Shown here: positions 50,401 through 64,000 of the stretch, piece after piece
Layout: each line of letters opens with the position of its first letter
Numbering within the stretch: position 1 is the first letter of the stretch
DNA from: Octopus bimaculoides
Taxonomy: Eukaryota
NCBI RefSeq assembly: GCF_001194135.2
Contig: NC_068988.1
Location: 12,799,016 to 12,863,015, forward strand
Direction of reading: 5' to 3'
Length of the DNA stretch: 64,000 nucleotides
The notes under the pieces: generated by a model
What the model saw: the letters and a program-made list of their open reading frames with translations, nothing else
What the model was told of the DNA's origin: nothing
Database searches by the model: none
Program-made: the position numbers and the translations under genes

Positions 50401-52463
50401 AGCAGTACATACAGCACTCACTGATATCAGCTTGATATGACTGTCTTTACTGAAAAATGAATTTAAATAACCTAGAAATGTAGAATTAATTGTACAGGCA
50501 TCAGTGAGCCAACAGATAAGAGCATTACTACACTGTTTAGAAATAAAAGTTCTTAACCTGAATCCAGTGCAGTAATTGGTACATATACAGGAATAAGACA
50601 TCTGATGACAATCAGGAATCAAACTACTATTTACATCTGCTAGTGTAGATGTAGATATTAAACATTTTTCATCCCTTAAAGATTAGGTTAATAGGCTAAA
50701 TAATTCTAATTATACAACTAATAACTCAGTTTAAACACCTACAAATGTACTCAAGTTTAAATCTCTGAAGATGCCTTTATTATTTGCTGTGTACATCAAG
50801 GCAAATGAATGCTCAATATATAAACATCTGATGTGGGTATCTTGCTTATGATTAACAATGCAAAATGAAAATGGCATCAGAAAATATTTCAATAGTTCTT
50901 AAGGAAATATGAGAATTCATTCATAAGAAATTTTATTTTAAAAATAACTTTTCTCACTGCAGAAAACACATTTCTAAGAATTTTTGTTTTCTACAAAGCA
51001 ATTTCTGAAAATCTAAACATTTACATTAAGCTGCCCAAAGTAAGGGGAGTAATATGTTGAATTATATGTAATGCTCATTTGTTATGTAAAATGCCATTGT
51101 TCTACTTTCTTTTTTAAATTTCTGAAATAATATTTTTAAGAAAATTATTCCAGCATGTTAAACGATGTTTGTTTTTGTCCTTATTGAAAATGTAAAATTT
51201 TAAAAAACAAAACTTATGCTGTAAAAACCACTTATAAGCTATTTTAAGTAGTAAATGTATAGACATTTAGTTCTTAGATTGGAGCTAATGAAGATGAGGA
51301 AAAATAAGTCACGGGGTTTTAAACAGTAGCCTGTTTTAAGAAAGAATGAGGACTTTCTGCAGATTGATATGCTAGCTTCATCCAAAGCACATAACAAAAT
51401 GCAAACGATTTTATCTCAAAATATGTTTCACAGTAAAATAAGGCTCAATGAGGTGAAGAAGGTACATGAAGATCTTTTTTTTTTTTGGTTTGGCCTGGAG
51501 GAATGAAGCATAATTATCAGCATCAGTTTAATTCTTTCAAAACCAACTTGCTCCCAATCACCTATGATCCCATATTACCAACAAGCCTAAAACTTGCACT
51601 GTATATTTATACTGGTTTCAAATTTTGGCATAAGGCCAGCAATTTCAGGAAGCAGTTAAGTCAATGTGTGTGAAAGGGTTAAAACCTACTCTATCCACAA
51701 TAGTCACAGCTGAACATTTTCCCCAAGGTAAGTCAGTTCTTATTACATAGTGGCTTTTAGTAATTGAGAGAATACCTAATCAAAACAATTGTTTATAGCA
51801 TATCATTAGTAGCAGAATAAAACAAAAGCCAGGATTTCTCCATTGAAGTAATTGTACACTTTTATTTTAAGCCACTCAGAATCAGTGATCACACACAAAA
51901 ACACTGCTGACAAGAAAGTCAGTCACAAACTTTTATGACATCTATGACAAAAATCAAAATGTAGAACCTTTACACTTGATTCTTCCTTCATCACACAAGA
52001 AAAAAAAAGACTGAATATGAGCAGCACCAAACAAAGAAACTGACAAAAAGCTTAACTTTTACAATTCAACGTCTCTTAAATTCTTCTACACTATCAAACC
52101 AAGATATCTGAGTGACATCTAGAGGATAAAAAGCATTGAATCTTGCTTATTCTAATAACTATGGAGAAAAGATTTCCAGTGAGCCTAGTCAAAATAATCT
52201 TGGGTTACAATCATGTAACAAATGCAGTGAAATATACACGCAGCAAATACAACTATATAGTCCAGTCCATAACCATGAATAGGTACCAAATGGAGATAGG
52301 CTTCATTAATATAAAGAATGAAGTAAATGCATGACCAGTATTTTTATATGAAATCTAGTGTAGCGATTAGATTTAACAGACAGAAATTAAAAAAAAAAGG
52401 AGTTTGTACAAATAAGTACAGCCTTTTACTCAAACTTTACTAAGCAAATCATTGCAAAAGGGG

Positions 52464-52498
<35 letters not shown>

Positions 52499-52988
52499 AC
52501 ATCACCAAATGCACTTGTGACATTAGGATTCTGTTCAAATCAGGTGCAAGATATATCACCTGTAGATTTGTAGTTAGTGTGACAGCTAACCCCTTTGTAG
52601 TTTCACCTAGCTACAGTTTTTATACCGATATTTGCGTTTTCAAATATGACCAAAGCAGCAATGTACTGAGAATACAATTAGTATCCCAGAGTATCTTTTG
52701 GTTTTATTTTACTGACTACATAGCATTTTAAAACTGATATTCAACAATATCCTAACATCCACCATCCTTTCTTCAATCATTATTCATAACCTTTGATTGA
52801 TCAAAGTATCTATTTTTGCATGTTTAAACACAGTTATTTACAAATGAATGTAGAAAAATTCAAATTTCTTAATATATATGGATGTATTTGAGCATGCATG
52901 TGTGTGTTTCACAATAAACATAGTGGATACATTAAATTCTGTGTTGTCTGTGTGCAATATAGAAAGAATATATGTTTTAAATATTTAC

Positions 52989-53327
52989 CTTCCAGTTTCC
53001 TTGGTGTGCTAGGTCCAAGAGATCTACTACCTTCACTGTCCCGTCGTTGTCTCTTAACTCCTGTATTATCGAAATTATGAACATGAGTATTATCCTTGCG
53101 AAAATTATCCTTGATTGATGTCTCTTGCAACTGTCCGCCTTTTTGAACCCACTGGCTAGTCCTCTGTGCAACAACATCTTGCAAATCTTTAGGCGGTCCA
53201 GTTTTAATTTTCTCAGATAATGATCTGTCTGATGTTTTTGATGATTGGTGTAAACTGACCTTATGGTGTTTATCAAATTTTTCTCCAACACTGGAATGTT
53301 TGATTCTGTCATCTGAGGCTGGAAATG
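52989..53327 (-). CDS. WAC: WAC internal exon (S)FPASDDRIKHSSVGEKF...GPSTPRKLE
   Basis: ctgccccatgcag|CA ... GAAG|GTAAAT; 339 nt fully open, phase 1-1. Assigned to WAC by position and phase, not by recognisable motif. Confidence 0.85.
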
Positions 53328-54989
53328 CTGCATGGGGCAGAATAAATAAATAACTTTAATAAAGAAAACAAAAGTTAATTTATCATTATATTTAAAGGTC
53401 TTATAGTCATGCACTCCAGTTATTTTATAAATAGATTAACATAAAATAAAGAGAGGCCAGCTTAGTACTGGCAGTCTACAAACGCCTTCTTAGAGTGTGA
53501 TCAGCGTTAAGAAGAGTTAAATGTTAGCAGTTAGTGTGTAGAAATACATGGATAGGAACAGAGTTCTGGAGTTAAGACAACTTGGAATGTGACAATCTGA
53601 TTTCTGTAGACATGTCTTTAACTATAAGAAATTTATTTACATGAGGGCCTATCTACAGAAGGGTAGAAGATTACATGTTCTCTCACAAAGCATAAGCTAA
53701 AGTAAAATACACACTGGAAAAGTAAAATTAAAATTATGAATCTTAAAAACCAATTGATTAACTGATTAAAGTTAGAAGAAAACATACAAATCTGAAATGA
53801 AACAAAAAATGCATCAATAGAATACAGAAAAGATAAAATCAACACAAAAATCAATGTGTTTGAAGATTACATCCAAAATTATTGTTTTGATGATTGTCCT
53901 AATCAGCTGGCACTTCTTGACAAAGCTATCTAAATTAAGCCTAAATTTTATCTTGCTTGTTTGTCATTGGACAGCAGCCATGATGGGGAACCGCCTTGAA
54001 GCATTTTAGTTGAATGAATCAACCCCAGAAGTTATTTCTTCAGCTTGGCATTTACTCTATCACTCTCTTATGTCACAATGCTACGTTGCTGGAACATAAA
54101 TAAACCAACACCAGTTAAGTGGTGACAAGGGACAAACACAAAGACACACACACACATATATACAATGGGCCTCTTCTAGTTTCCATCTACCAAATCCATT
54201 CACAAGGATTTGGTTGGCCTGGTGCTATAGTAAAAGATACTTACCCAAAGTGCCACACAGTGGAACCGAACCCAAAACCACATGGTTGGAAAGCAAACAA
54301 CTTAACACATAGCCATGCTTTAATCTATATGCACTAAATATTTCAAAAGGCTCAAAACAAAGACTAAACATGTGCATGCAAATATCTTTCTCTCTCTCTA
54401 ACTTCTGTAAATACCAAATTTTTAACTGCTCACACTTATACTTTTTACTGAGGAAAGCGGTAAATTATGACAAGTTTGAACATCATTATCACCTAACGTC
54501 AGTATTCCATGCAAGCATGGGTTAGACTAACTTAACTGGAATTAAACTGTCTTGATTGAGTCTCTAAAATAAATTTTAAAAAACCACAAGCCCAGTGTCA
54601 CAATTAAATCATGTATCTGTCTCACGCTGGATGGCTGTGATACCAGTTATGCTACATACTGTCCACTTGTTTTTCAAATCCGGTATAAATATTTATTTGC
54701 ATTTATTTCACTCTTTTAACATTTAATAAAGCAAGGTATCCTATCATTTAGTGCTTCAAGTGAATCAATCTTCAAACCTCAAACTGCATGAATTAAAAAC
54801 CTGAGAAATTACATATGAAATAGGTAAAGGCATGGTGGTGGTGGTGGGGATATGGTTAAAAGCAGATACCTAATTTGAGAAAAGCCAACAAGTGAGCAAT
54901 TGTTATTAACATGGTCACTTGACAAACAATATAGTGATTGAAATCCAAACAATGGATTTGTTGTATTTGTGTCTGACAGTGGTGCTGTC

Positions 54990-55405
54990 AAAGGAACAGT
55001 GTATGACAGTGCTTACGTTATAAATCTTAGCCAACCAAGTGAAATCGTAGTTGTGGCCGATACCAGTGCTGTCTGACTGGCACATAAAAAGCACCATTCG
55101 AGCATTGGGCCTCGTGGTGGCAGTGACAGGTGACCAAGACACTTGGCAATATACCAAACTTATGTTGACCTGTCAAGCCAAGTGAGACCATAGTCGTGGC
55201 TGATGCTGGTGTCAGGTCAATGGTGCCCATACTGGTGGCACGTAAAAAGCACCCACTACACTCTCGGAGTGGTTGGCATTAGGAAGGGCATCCAGCTGTA
55301 GAAACCTTGCCAAATCAGAGTGGAACCAGGTGCAGCCCCCTGGCTTACCAGCTTTCACTCAAACCATCCAACCCATCCCAGCATGGAAAACGGACGTTAA
55401 ACGAT
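54990..55405 (+). mobile_element. Older, diverged family B retroposon
   Basis: Same 3' domain (GGTTGGCATTAGGAAGGGCATCCAGCTGTAGAAAC..CGGACGTTAAACGATG) with variant internal repeats. Confidence 0.8.
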
Positions 55406-55619
55406 GTTTTTATTGAAACTGAAGTTGAGAATTTCTCACAACTTGAGTTTCAATTATAAAAAAAAAATTTTTTAATCACAACATGAGCATTCCTTTTTCA
55501 TTCGCTTGACAAAGCTGCGTGTATGCACACACACACACACACAAGAGGTGTTCATTGAAGATTTCCCCAAACCCACTTCTGCTTATTGCAGGAAACGAAA
55601 CTTGTACAGGTATAATCAT

Positions 55620-55860
55620 ACATGTCGCATTGTAAACTGCAGCTTTCCCCAGCTCTTTTCCAACCATGAAGTCTCTTTTTAAGGGGAAGCACTTTTCAAA
55701 TGATGGACTTATTTCCGAGGTAAAGTCTTGGCTCCAGATGCGACCTACCAACTTCTACAGACGAGGTCTTCACAGCTGCATAAAGCGATGGGAGAAGGAC
55801 TAATAATTATGCCAAGTTTCGTTTATTCCAGTCCTTGAGAAGTGGATCAGGAGTAATCTT
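55620..55860 (+). mobile_element. Mariner transposase C-terminal remnant
   Basis: FPTMKSLFKGKHFSNDGLISEVKSWLQMRPTNFYRRGLHSCIKRWEK. Confidence 0.7.
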
Positions 55861-57624
55861 TAATGAGCACCCTTCGTACACACACATTCTGCAAATTTGG
55901 ATATTTTTCTGCATCGCTTTTAATAGTTGATTAACCACACTACTAGCATCCATTTGTCAGTAGAGTAAAAAGGAAAACCAGCAGTTATGTTGTTTAGCTT
56001 CTCACTCAGCATTGATCAAAGGCATTCAAGTCATTACTATACTACAAAAGTGCACCCCAGACTACATTACTCAAAGTGCTTTATTTTGAGATAAATAGCA
56101 AAGCAACCGTCTAGAGGCTCTCTCATTGGTTTATGCAGAGTTATGTACCTTCCTCAGTATATTAACACAATAATTGATTAGTTATTGAACTATATATATC
56201 TCCTTAATTACCAGCTAGTTAAATTTAATACCAACTTCCTATCCTTGGACTTTAAATTTTTTTCCTAATTTTATTAACTGAAATCTCTCTTGAGGTCACA
56301 ATATCGTTAACTCATTTCTTATATTCATTTCCTTTTCCACTGCTTATATATCTTTTGTCAAAACTGGAAAATAAATTGTTAGTCCCAAATCAGCAGTGGC
56401 CAAGCAGACCTGTGATCAAAGACATTCCAGTCATGATCACCTTATCTTTTTCCAAGAGTGGATTCCTTGCTGGTTTGAGGAAGAATGCAATTTTTATTTA
56501 TAACTGCAACAAAATCTGAGAGAAACACACAGACCAATTTTTAAATTTTACACTAAAAAAAGATTATAAAAGACTATTGTGTCCCCTTGCTATTTCAACT
56601 TAGACTAATTGATAATCAATTATCTACCAGATCCTTTTTTAGTTAAAATGGAAGGTAGTGTTCATAACTCCTTACTGGGACTCCAAACAAAGGTGGACAG
56701 CAAGGCTAACTCCAGTGGAATTTGATTTCAGAGCATAGAATTGTAACTAACACTGCAAGATATTCGAACACTTATAACTCTGCCAATTCTTCACCCTAAT
56801 GGTTTAGTTTTACACATCTTGTACTACCAAAACCCTTAGATAAACATCTGTTCACTAAGTGCTGAGCAGCTCATTGTACAACTAAGAACACATCATTAAT
56901 AGGATCAGAGATGACGTGGAGCTAAACAACATTCACCTCACCCAACACACAGCCACTGTCCATCAAGTGAGATACTTTCAGCCATTAAAAGGTAACAAAG
57001 TCTAAACATAAATAAAGCAGCTTATTACCCTGAAACAGAAGATCCCCAAGCAGGTCCAAACTTCTCTTTAAGTACCACAATATACACATATAATTGCACT
57101 TCTCATGACAACATTCACCTATGACCTGGCAATCACTAACTTCTTCAACAACTGTAGAGTAATTGTTAGCAATTACTCAATCATGAGTATCTTTGCTGTA
57201 AACCAGCAGTGTTGGATACTGATTTCACTTTCACACACCAATCTTCTCAAACTTTTGATAAATTCAGTGCAGACAAAGTTGTTGCTCTTGAAGCAAACAC
57301 AATCTTAAATGTATAGGCAATGTGTAAGTAGTAAATGGCTAGGAGTTTCATTATTTTTCCAGCCTTCAACCTTCCAATCATGAAAACATGAAAAATCAAT
57401 TGACTCAAAACTCTAACACATTGATTGTGTAAGAAACCAATAAGCTATTGGTTCAGTGTTTAGTGAAATATTTGATACACTGCAATACACAGGAGCAATA
57501 TGAATAACATGTCAAATATCACTACTTGAAAAACTTACTGCAAAATTCTATTTCAGAAAAGCATTTTAAATTGTAATTTGTATTCAAGGTTTTATAGTTT
57601 AGATAGAACCCAAAACCGATTTAT

Positions 57625-57879
57625 ATAGGTGGCACATAAATTGCACCATTTTGAGCGTGGCCGTTGCCAGTACCGCCTGACTGGCCTTCGTGCGGGTGAC
57701 ACGTAAAAGCACCCACTACACTCTCTGAGTGGTTGGCGTTAGGAAGGGCATCCAGCTGTAGAAACTCTGCCAAATCAGATTGGAGCCTGGTGTAGCCATC
57801 TGGTTTCACCAGTACTCAGTCAAATCGTCCAACCCATGCTAGCATGGAAAGCGGACGTTAAACGAAGATGATGATGATG
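57625..57879 (+). mobile_element. Family B retroposon, 5'-truncated
   Basis: Near-identical 3' domain with a (GAT)n tail. Confidence 0.9.
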
Positions 57880-58361
57880 GGCTTAGTCAAGAAGCTGTAT
57901 TTTCTATATGAATATCATAATGGAATATACATACATGTCTTATAAAAAATAGATGCTTAGGCAAACACTAGCTATTTATGCAAACTTTATAAGGGATATA
58001 GCTGCGCCACTAGTCATCTAGCATAATCTGGATCATTTCGACTTAATTTTCTTACAAAACTTTTCAAGGATAATTTCTAGTTTCAAAATAAGTGAATATT
58101 ATTTTGCAGTCTAACAGCTCCAAACATGACGGCAGAGAAAGAACTTGAAGAAATTATGACACTTTAAAAAAGAAGACCAATATGTTATTAGCTGATTAGC
58201 AGGCTCAATTTGAAATACTATCTCTAAAACCTCTCCACTTTTTTTTTAGGTGGAGTGAGAGGTGCTAAGAAATAGACAAATGCCATTTTAGAAATAGAAG
58301 GTAAGTACAATTCGCATAATATACATTTCCAAAAGAAATTTATACTCAAAGCATAACTTAC

Positions 58362-58438
58362 ATTTACTATGTAAATTGGCATTGTGCTTGCTTGGAGCTT
58401 TATTTTCTTGTAACTTGTTATCTGTTCCCTTGTTCGGC
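58362..58438 (-). CDS. WAC: WAC exon (M)PNKGTDNKLQENKAPSKHNANLHSK
   Basis: ttcttgtatcttccag|G ... AAT|GTAAGT; 77 nt, bridging phase 2 (WW exon) to phase 1. Confidence 0.85.
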
Positions 58439-59908
58439 CTGGAAGATACAAGAACATGTTTGAATACAACATTTATTTTTTGATATTATTTTGATGAATG
58501 AATGAAGAGAAAGAGGGAGATTAAGCAACCGAAACAAGTCATTCAAATATCTCAAAACATATAGAGAAAAATATATCTGAACATTGGTGCACTTGCTCTA
58601 ACTATTTGGGGAAAGAAAACATAAACACATGAAAGTGCAATAGTGAGAAGCCACCCCCAAAGTGAAACTGATAGCACTTTCTAAACAGATTAGTTTTAAT
58701 ACGGTTAGTACAATCGAGATAGAGGTAGAAAAAACAGTAGGACTATCACTAATACTTGCTCAGACGTTAAGATCATCAGGCCAAGTTGGTATTGCGCTTT
58801 TTTCTTAGTTAAGTGCATTGTGCAAGACAGTGTTATCGCCAACAGTTGATGTATTGGCTTCAATGTAAACTAACACATCAATTGCAATGGGTCACTAGTC
58901 TAGTAGATAAGAACATTACTGTTAGTCTGGTATTATGTACACACACATTCAGAATAAAACACCTGATGATGATTACAGATTAATTTGATTTTAAACACAT
59001 TGTGGAAGCAGATATTAGTCTTCAATGCAGTATAGATATTTTGAATATTTGATGTTAATAACCCAAAAACTCCAATCAAAAGGACAATTCTCACCCCACC
59101 CACCCTTTTTGCCCATTCTTGTTTTCCACTTTTCCTTATTTCTCCTCATTTTTATTTTTCTATTTTCATGAATACATAAAAATATTATTATTGTCAACTT
59201 CAACACTGATAATTTTTGCAGAGTGAAACAAAATAATGGTTTCAAATTTTGGTGCAAGGCCAGCAATTTCAGGGAAGGACCTAAATTGATTACATCGTCC
59301 CCAGTGCTTTACTGGTACTTATTTTATCAACCTCAAAAGGACGGCAGATAAAGTTGACCTCGGCAGAATTTGAATGCAGAATGAGAAGACTGATGAAATG
59401 TTGCTAAGAATTCTGCCTGCTCATCGCCTTAAAGCTAATCCTTTCTACTATAGGCACAAGGCTTGAAATTTTTGGGGAAGGGGCTAGTCAATTAGATCAA
59501 CCTCAGTATGCAACTGGTACTTAATTTATCGACCCTGAAAGGATGAAAGGCAAAGTCAACCTCAGTGGAATTTGAACTCAGAACGTAAAGACAGATGAAA
59601 TACTGCTAGGCATTTCGCTCAGCGTGCTAACAATTCTGCCAGCTCACCACCTTAAACAAAGCTAATAATAGTTTCATTTATACTAGACATAAGATACCTT
59701 CAGGACTCATGTCTGGGAATTGGATTCCCTAGTGAGATTTAAACATTTAACAATATATATACATTCTCAATATAGAATTTCTACACAGTTGCTCGACCTA
59801 CTACAAACAGAAGACAAACTTTTAACTTTGCAACCTATCATTTGAGAAAAGACATTGATAATAGGGTCCTAGATGCTTTATGCCTAATAAAAGGACAAGG
59901 ATAGTAAT

Positions 59909-59985
59909 GACCAGAATGTCTTAACCAGACCAGAATGTCTTAACCAGACCAGAATGTCTTAACCAGACCAGAATGTCTTAACCAG
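59909..59985 (+). repeat. 19-bp perfect tandem repeat, 4 copies (GACCAGAATGTCTTAACCA)
   Basis: Seen directly; no spacers. Confidence 0.95.
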
Positions 59986-60379
59986 GACTGATGTAGGTTT
60001 GAACAGTAACAACTATTTTATGCAGAAATGTTACCATTTTAAAAGTAATATTATAAAGATGATATCAATTTTATCATTTCTAGTGATAGAAGTTATGATC
60101 AGTTGTAAGGAAAATTTTGAATATAAACACTAGTAATGCTTTCTATATTAGTGACAACATTATGCTTAAATTGTTTCAAAACAAACCACATTTCCAAAGT
60201 TTTAGAGATATTTTCTTTGTCTTCATTTTAATTTTCTCTTTCACCCTAAGTACTTTTATGTTTTTCACTTCAATTTAAGACCTACTTCATGAGACACTTT
60301 TATATGACATTCCTTAAACAATGATGATGCAATAGGTTTTTACCACCCTACAGCTCTCAGGCACCTCCTCCAAAAAGTA

Positions 60380-60620
60380 CTGTCAAAAATAATTATCACT
60401 ACACTTTCCTGATGGATCCTTGAGCATGACCATCAGAGACTATAGATGTTATCCACCCATCTCCCTCTTGGTCTACATCTCCTGCCAGTTGGTTTAGCTT
60501 GATGAATTACTCTTAGAATCTTTTTCTGCAGCATTCAAATCACATGCCTGTAGTTCCAGAGCTGTCATCTCTCAATGCAGAGAAGTAGCAGCTCAACTTG
60601 GAGAGACTCCCTGATCTCCA
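60380..60620 (-). mobile_element. LINE (RTE-like) ORF 3'-end remnant
   Basis: The minus strand reads LRVIHQAKPTGRR..PRGRWVDNIYSL; homologous to 10965-11160. Confidence 0.55.
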
Positions 60621-61208
60621 AGTGACACACTCTGCAGACTATTATCATCAGTGGTCACATGGATAACAGTGTTATTTCAACTTTAGGTTATATCCAAGAA
60701 CAGAACATTTGATGATGACTGGAGATCAAACCAATCAAGAAGTGCAGATGAAATTATCAAAATATATTTCATTTAAGAGGGTGAGTTTGTCATAAATATA
60801 TTATCAAATGTTCATAGTAAGATAATTACATTTGCAGAATTACTTTCTTAGTTAATGCTGAATTCTTGTAAGAAACAAATCAGAGTTGAGAAAAAGATTT
60901 GAATATCTATGATATGCTCCATATAAGATAATTTTAGCATAAGGCAAGAGAATATTATGTTGGATTTGTAATGTTACAAGGGGGAAACAACTTATAATGC
61001 CTAGACAGATTTAAGTAATTGAAAGGAAGATATATATGCCAAAGAACAAACCTTTTAATTTACCTCCTTATTTTTAAAGATCTATTATGAAGTTAACGAG
61101 TGAGGACAATATTCAAGTTTCGTTTCTCTGATGAGGTCAATTACTAAATTTGTAAAATGTGATATGGAGGATCAACTGTTGGGAATATAAAACCAAATTT
61201 ATACTTAC

Positions 61209-61336
61209 ATATCATGCCATTCTTTAGGTTTTTCCCACTGTGATACTTCTGTCTTACAATTATAATAGTACTTTTTACCCGAAGAGCTAATGTGTTCTGA
61301 CCAATCACCAAACACCCGCACTGCGGACTTTTGTAC
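61209..61336 (-). CDS. WAC: WAC WW-domain exon [42 protein letters not shown]
   Basis: cttttctaatag|GTA ... AT|GTAAGT. Near-identical to the WAC WW domain [30 protein letters not shown]. Confidence 0.97.
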
Positions 61337-62206
61337 CTATTAGAAAAGATAAATATTAAACAAACATAAGTTACAATAAAGATAAAAGGCTTTGCTGAAA
61401 AGACAATATTAGTGTTTCCATTAAAGAATAAATAAAGCATCTCTGATTATTGCTGCTGCATTCATTTGATTTACCTTCGTTCACATGTAAACTATCAGCT
61501 ACAAGGAACTGGTTATGAAATCCATTGGAATATTCAGGACATACATAAAATACCTTGTTCTATGTATAGAGGAATATAATGTAAATCTTATTTGTGCTAT
61601 ACTAATCCTAAGGACTGATATTGAGAATTCAACTTAGCAAGCAGTTATTGGATAACAAAAAGAAATATATTGCAATATCAAAAAAATAAGATACTTTACT
61701 GGGTAGCATAGTGATACTAGAAATATACTGTTCAGTGAAATGAGGAGATAGGGATGTCCCTTTAAAAGGGAAAGAATTTCAAATTATGATTAATCACCAT
61801 TTAATTTGAAAGCAAAAAGCTTATAATGCTGTAGCTGTAATGATGATTTGATTATTTCAATGACACTGTGTATTGTCTTGACAAAGACAACACTCAAAAG
61901 CTCAATATACCTAGTTGTAAATTGGTGGAACACTTCATATTTGAGATGCATTTCATTACTTTGGTATATCTCAGCATTTCATGCGTACTCATTTTAGATG
62001 CACATAGGTTAAACTGAAAATCCAATGACATGCACAAATCTATACCACTGTTTTATTATTTATCCAAAATGAATGTAGATTAATAACTAATTTTATATTT
62101 CATTAAAGATCACTGAATAAACATGAGACACTCAAATCTTATTCCAACAAATATTTATCAACAAACAAACTAGCAATCATAGAAAAATAGTATATAAACA
62201 ATCTAG

Positions 62207-62257
62207 TACCAACCCATGCTAGCATGGAAAGCGGACGTTAAACGATGATGATGATGG
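62207..62257 (+). mobile_element. Extreme 5'-truncated family B copy (last ~50 bp only)
   Basis: CCAACCCATGCTAGCATGGAAAGCGGACGTTAAACGATGATGATGATG. Confidence 0.85.
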
Positions 62258-63680
62258 TGAACGAGTACCAGAATCAAAATATTGCTCAATTATCAAAAAT
62301 ACACCTATCAAAGCTGACTTGCCAATCACACATAGACAAGCCTCTCATACTGCAAATCCCACAGTCACACACATTATGCACAAACATGAGAACTATTAAG
62401 ACATTACCAAAAAGATGTGACTGACCTAATTGATGAGGTCAAGGAGGCTGGAACTCCAGCGCCAGTTGATATTATGAGAGTGGAGTCAGTAAATGAACTG
62501 AATCATATTTTCAAAACCAACCCCGTTTTTCTCATTACATTCTTAAATGATATTAAAATAGATTTAATGAAGATTTAAAAAAAATTTTTTTATTAGCAAT
62601 ATTAGACTAAATACTTATAAAAATTTAGTTTTATGTTCTGACTTCAAACCCCACCAAAGAAATTAGTGAAACCTCCTATTCACAATTTGCGGCCTCATGC
62701 AAATAAAAGAAATCATTATCATTATTATTATTAACTGTTTGTATGAGGAACAAGCTCAAAGCTGTATATAGTCAGGCAGGATTAGTTAGTGAATATCTAG
62801 TTTAAATTGTGGATTAATGCATTGTGACAAGGTATTGACAAGCAGTGAACTGAGAAGAACAGTTTTAAGGATATAAGATTCAACAGAATGCTGACTACAG
62901 ACCAGAGGAATAGGGTTGCAACAAGATGGGCAAGACAACAAAAACCCGATAGACTATATACAAGATAGAGAACAAAGGAGTGAATGTAGAGCCAGAAACT
63001 TGTAAGGATAGGTTTATTCTTGTAAATAGGCTTGCCTGGAAAAAAGATCTTGGAGTTCAATGAAATGAGGAAGTAAAACCCCACCGTGGTGGAGAATATC
63101 TAAGCCAGTAAATATTCACAACTGAAGTATTTTTTGACAGTGAAATTTGTACAATATTGCTGATGTGTATTTTCCAATAGATATCAATAAAATTTTAAAA
63201 ATCAAAAATATGTTCTATCATTTTAATGAAGTTGTCATCACAACTAAGAATTTAATGATATTTGTTCTTAAGTTACTAAGATTACTTGTTTGAAGTACGT
63301 TGAGACACGTTTAAGCTGTTAAAAAGTTGATACACATCAGGGAAGTAGAGAGCTGCATATTAAATAAGAGAGAGAGAGTATTTTTGCTAAAAAGTGAACA
63401 GTATAAAAGGTTATCAAAACAAGACAGCTAAATATGCCCTACACACAGAGCGTAACATAAGTCACTAAGTCACCAGTGGAACTGACTATACTACTAAAGA
63501 GAAAAAGGCAAAGTGATGAGCTTTATGATGGTTTCCAAAGCCTTGGCTGCATTTGAGATAAGACTGGTCGATCAAAGAAGTTGGCCCTCTTATGGTTGAG
63601 TCTCACAATTGAATGCTTCTGTAATCTGGAGTAACAATTGCAACATATTCCAAGGCAATTTGTTTTACAGTAAGGAGTTG

Positions 63681-64000
63681 TCATCATCATCATCGTTTAA
63701 CGTCCGCTTTCCATGCTAGCATGGGTTGGACGATTTGACTGAGGACTGGTGAAACCGGATGGCAACACCAGGCTCCAATCTAAATTTGGCAGAGTTTCTA
63801 CAGCTGGATGCCCTTCCTAACGCCAACCACTCAGAGAGTGTAGTAGGTGCTTTTACGTGTCACCTGCACGAAGGCCAGTCAGGCGATACTGGCAACGGCC
63901 ACGCTCAAAATGGTGTCTTTTATGTGCCACCCGCACAAGCCAGTCCAGGGGCACTGGCAACGATCTCGCTCGAAAATCCTACAGAAGCCAGTCAGGCGGT
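63681..64000 (-). mobile_element. Family B retroposon, running off the window end
   Basis: Near-identical to 48893-49216. Confidence 0.9.

Noticed and set aside
50422-50449. 28-nt minus-strand microexon with good splice sites
   Set aside because: Not a multiple of 3 and contains TGA in the WAC phase-1 frame. It could at most be a poison exon, and there is no support for that.
59909-59985. CRISPR-like array
   Set aside because: No spacers, eukaryotic context and no cas genes; a simple VNTR.
61475-61498. 24-nt WAC microexon upstream of the WW exon
   Set aside because: The WW exon needs phase 0, and that frame contains TGA; the open reading is phase 1-1 and incompatible.

Overview
AT-rich, repeat-dense eukaryotic genomic DNA with three N-gaps (5885-6567, 11898-12663, 21691-21917). 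The SINE, Penelope and microsatellite landscape suggests a cephalopod, probably Octopus (inference). The main gene is WAC (WW domain-containing adapter with coiled-coil) on the minus strand. Eight phase-compatible coding exons lie between 61336 and the stop at 31647 (391 aa in window, from the WW domain to the C-terminal coiled coil); its 5' exons lie beyond the window. A second minus-strand gene (exons ~9542-8922 and 6933-6769, probable UTR exon from 2720) encodes an unrecognised tail-anchored membrane protein. A plus-strand coding exon fragment occupies 3-320, and a candidate plus-strand last exon with a TE-poor, U-rich 3'UTR lies at ~19515-23000. The rest is intronic or intergenic TE debris: SINEs, mariner/Tc1 remnants, TTAA MITEs, a Helitron, an AcademX-type XPG-nuclease remnant, and RTE and Penelope fragments. 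The most unusual elements are two palindromes carrying minimal hammerhead-ribozyme-like cores, one of them fused to a tRNA-like head. All gene models were read by eye. TE boundaries are approximate unless termini are quoted.
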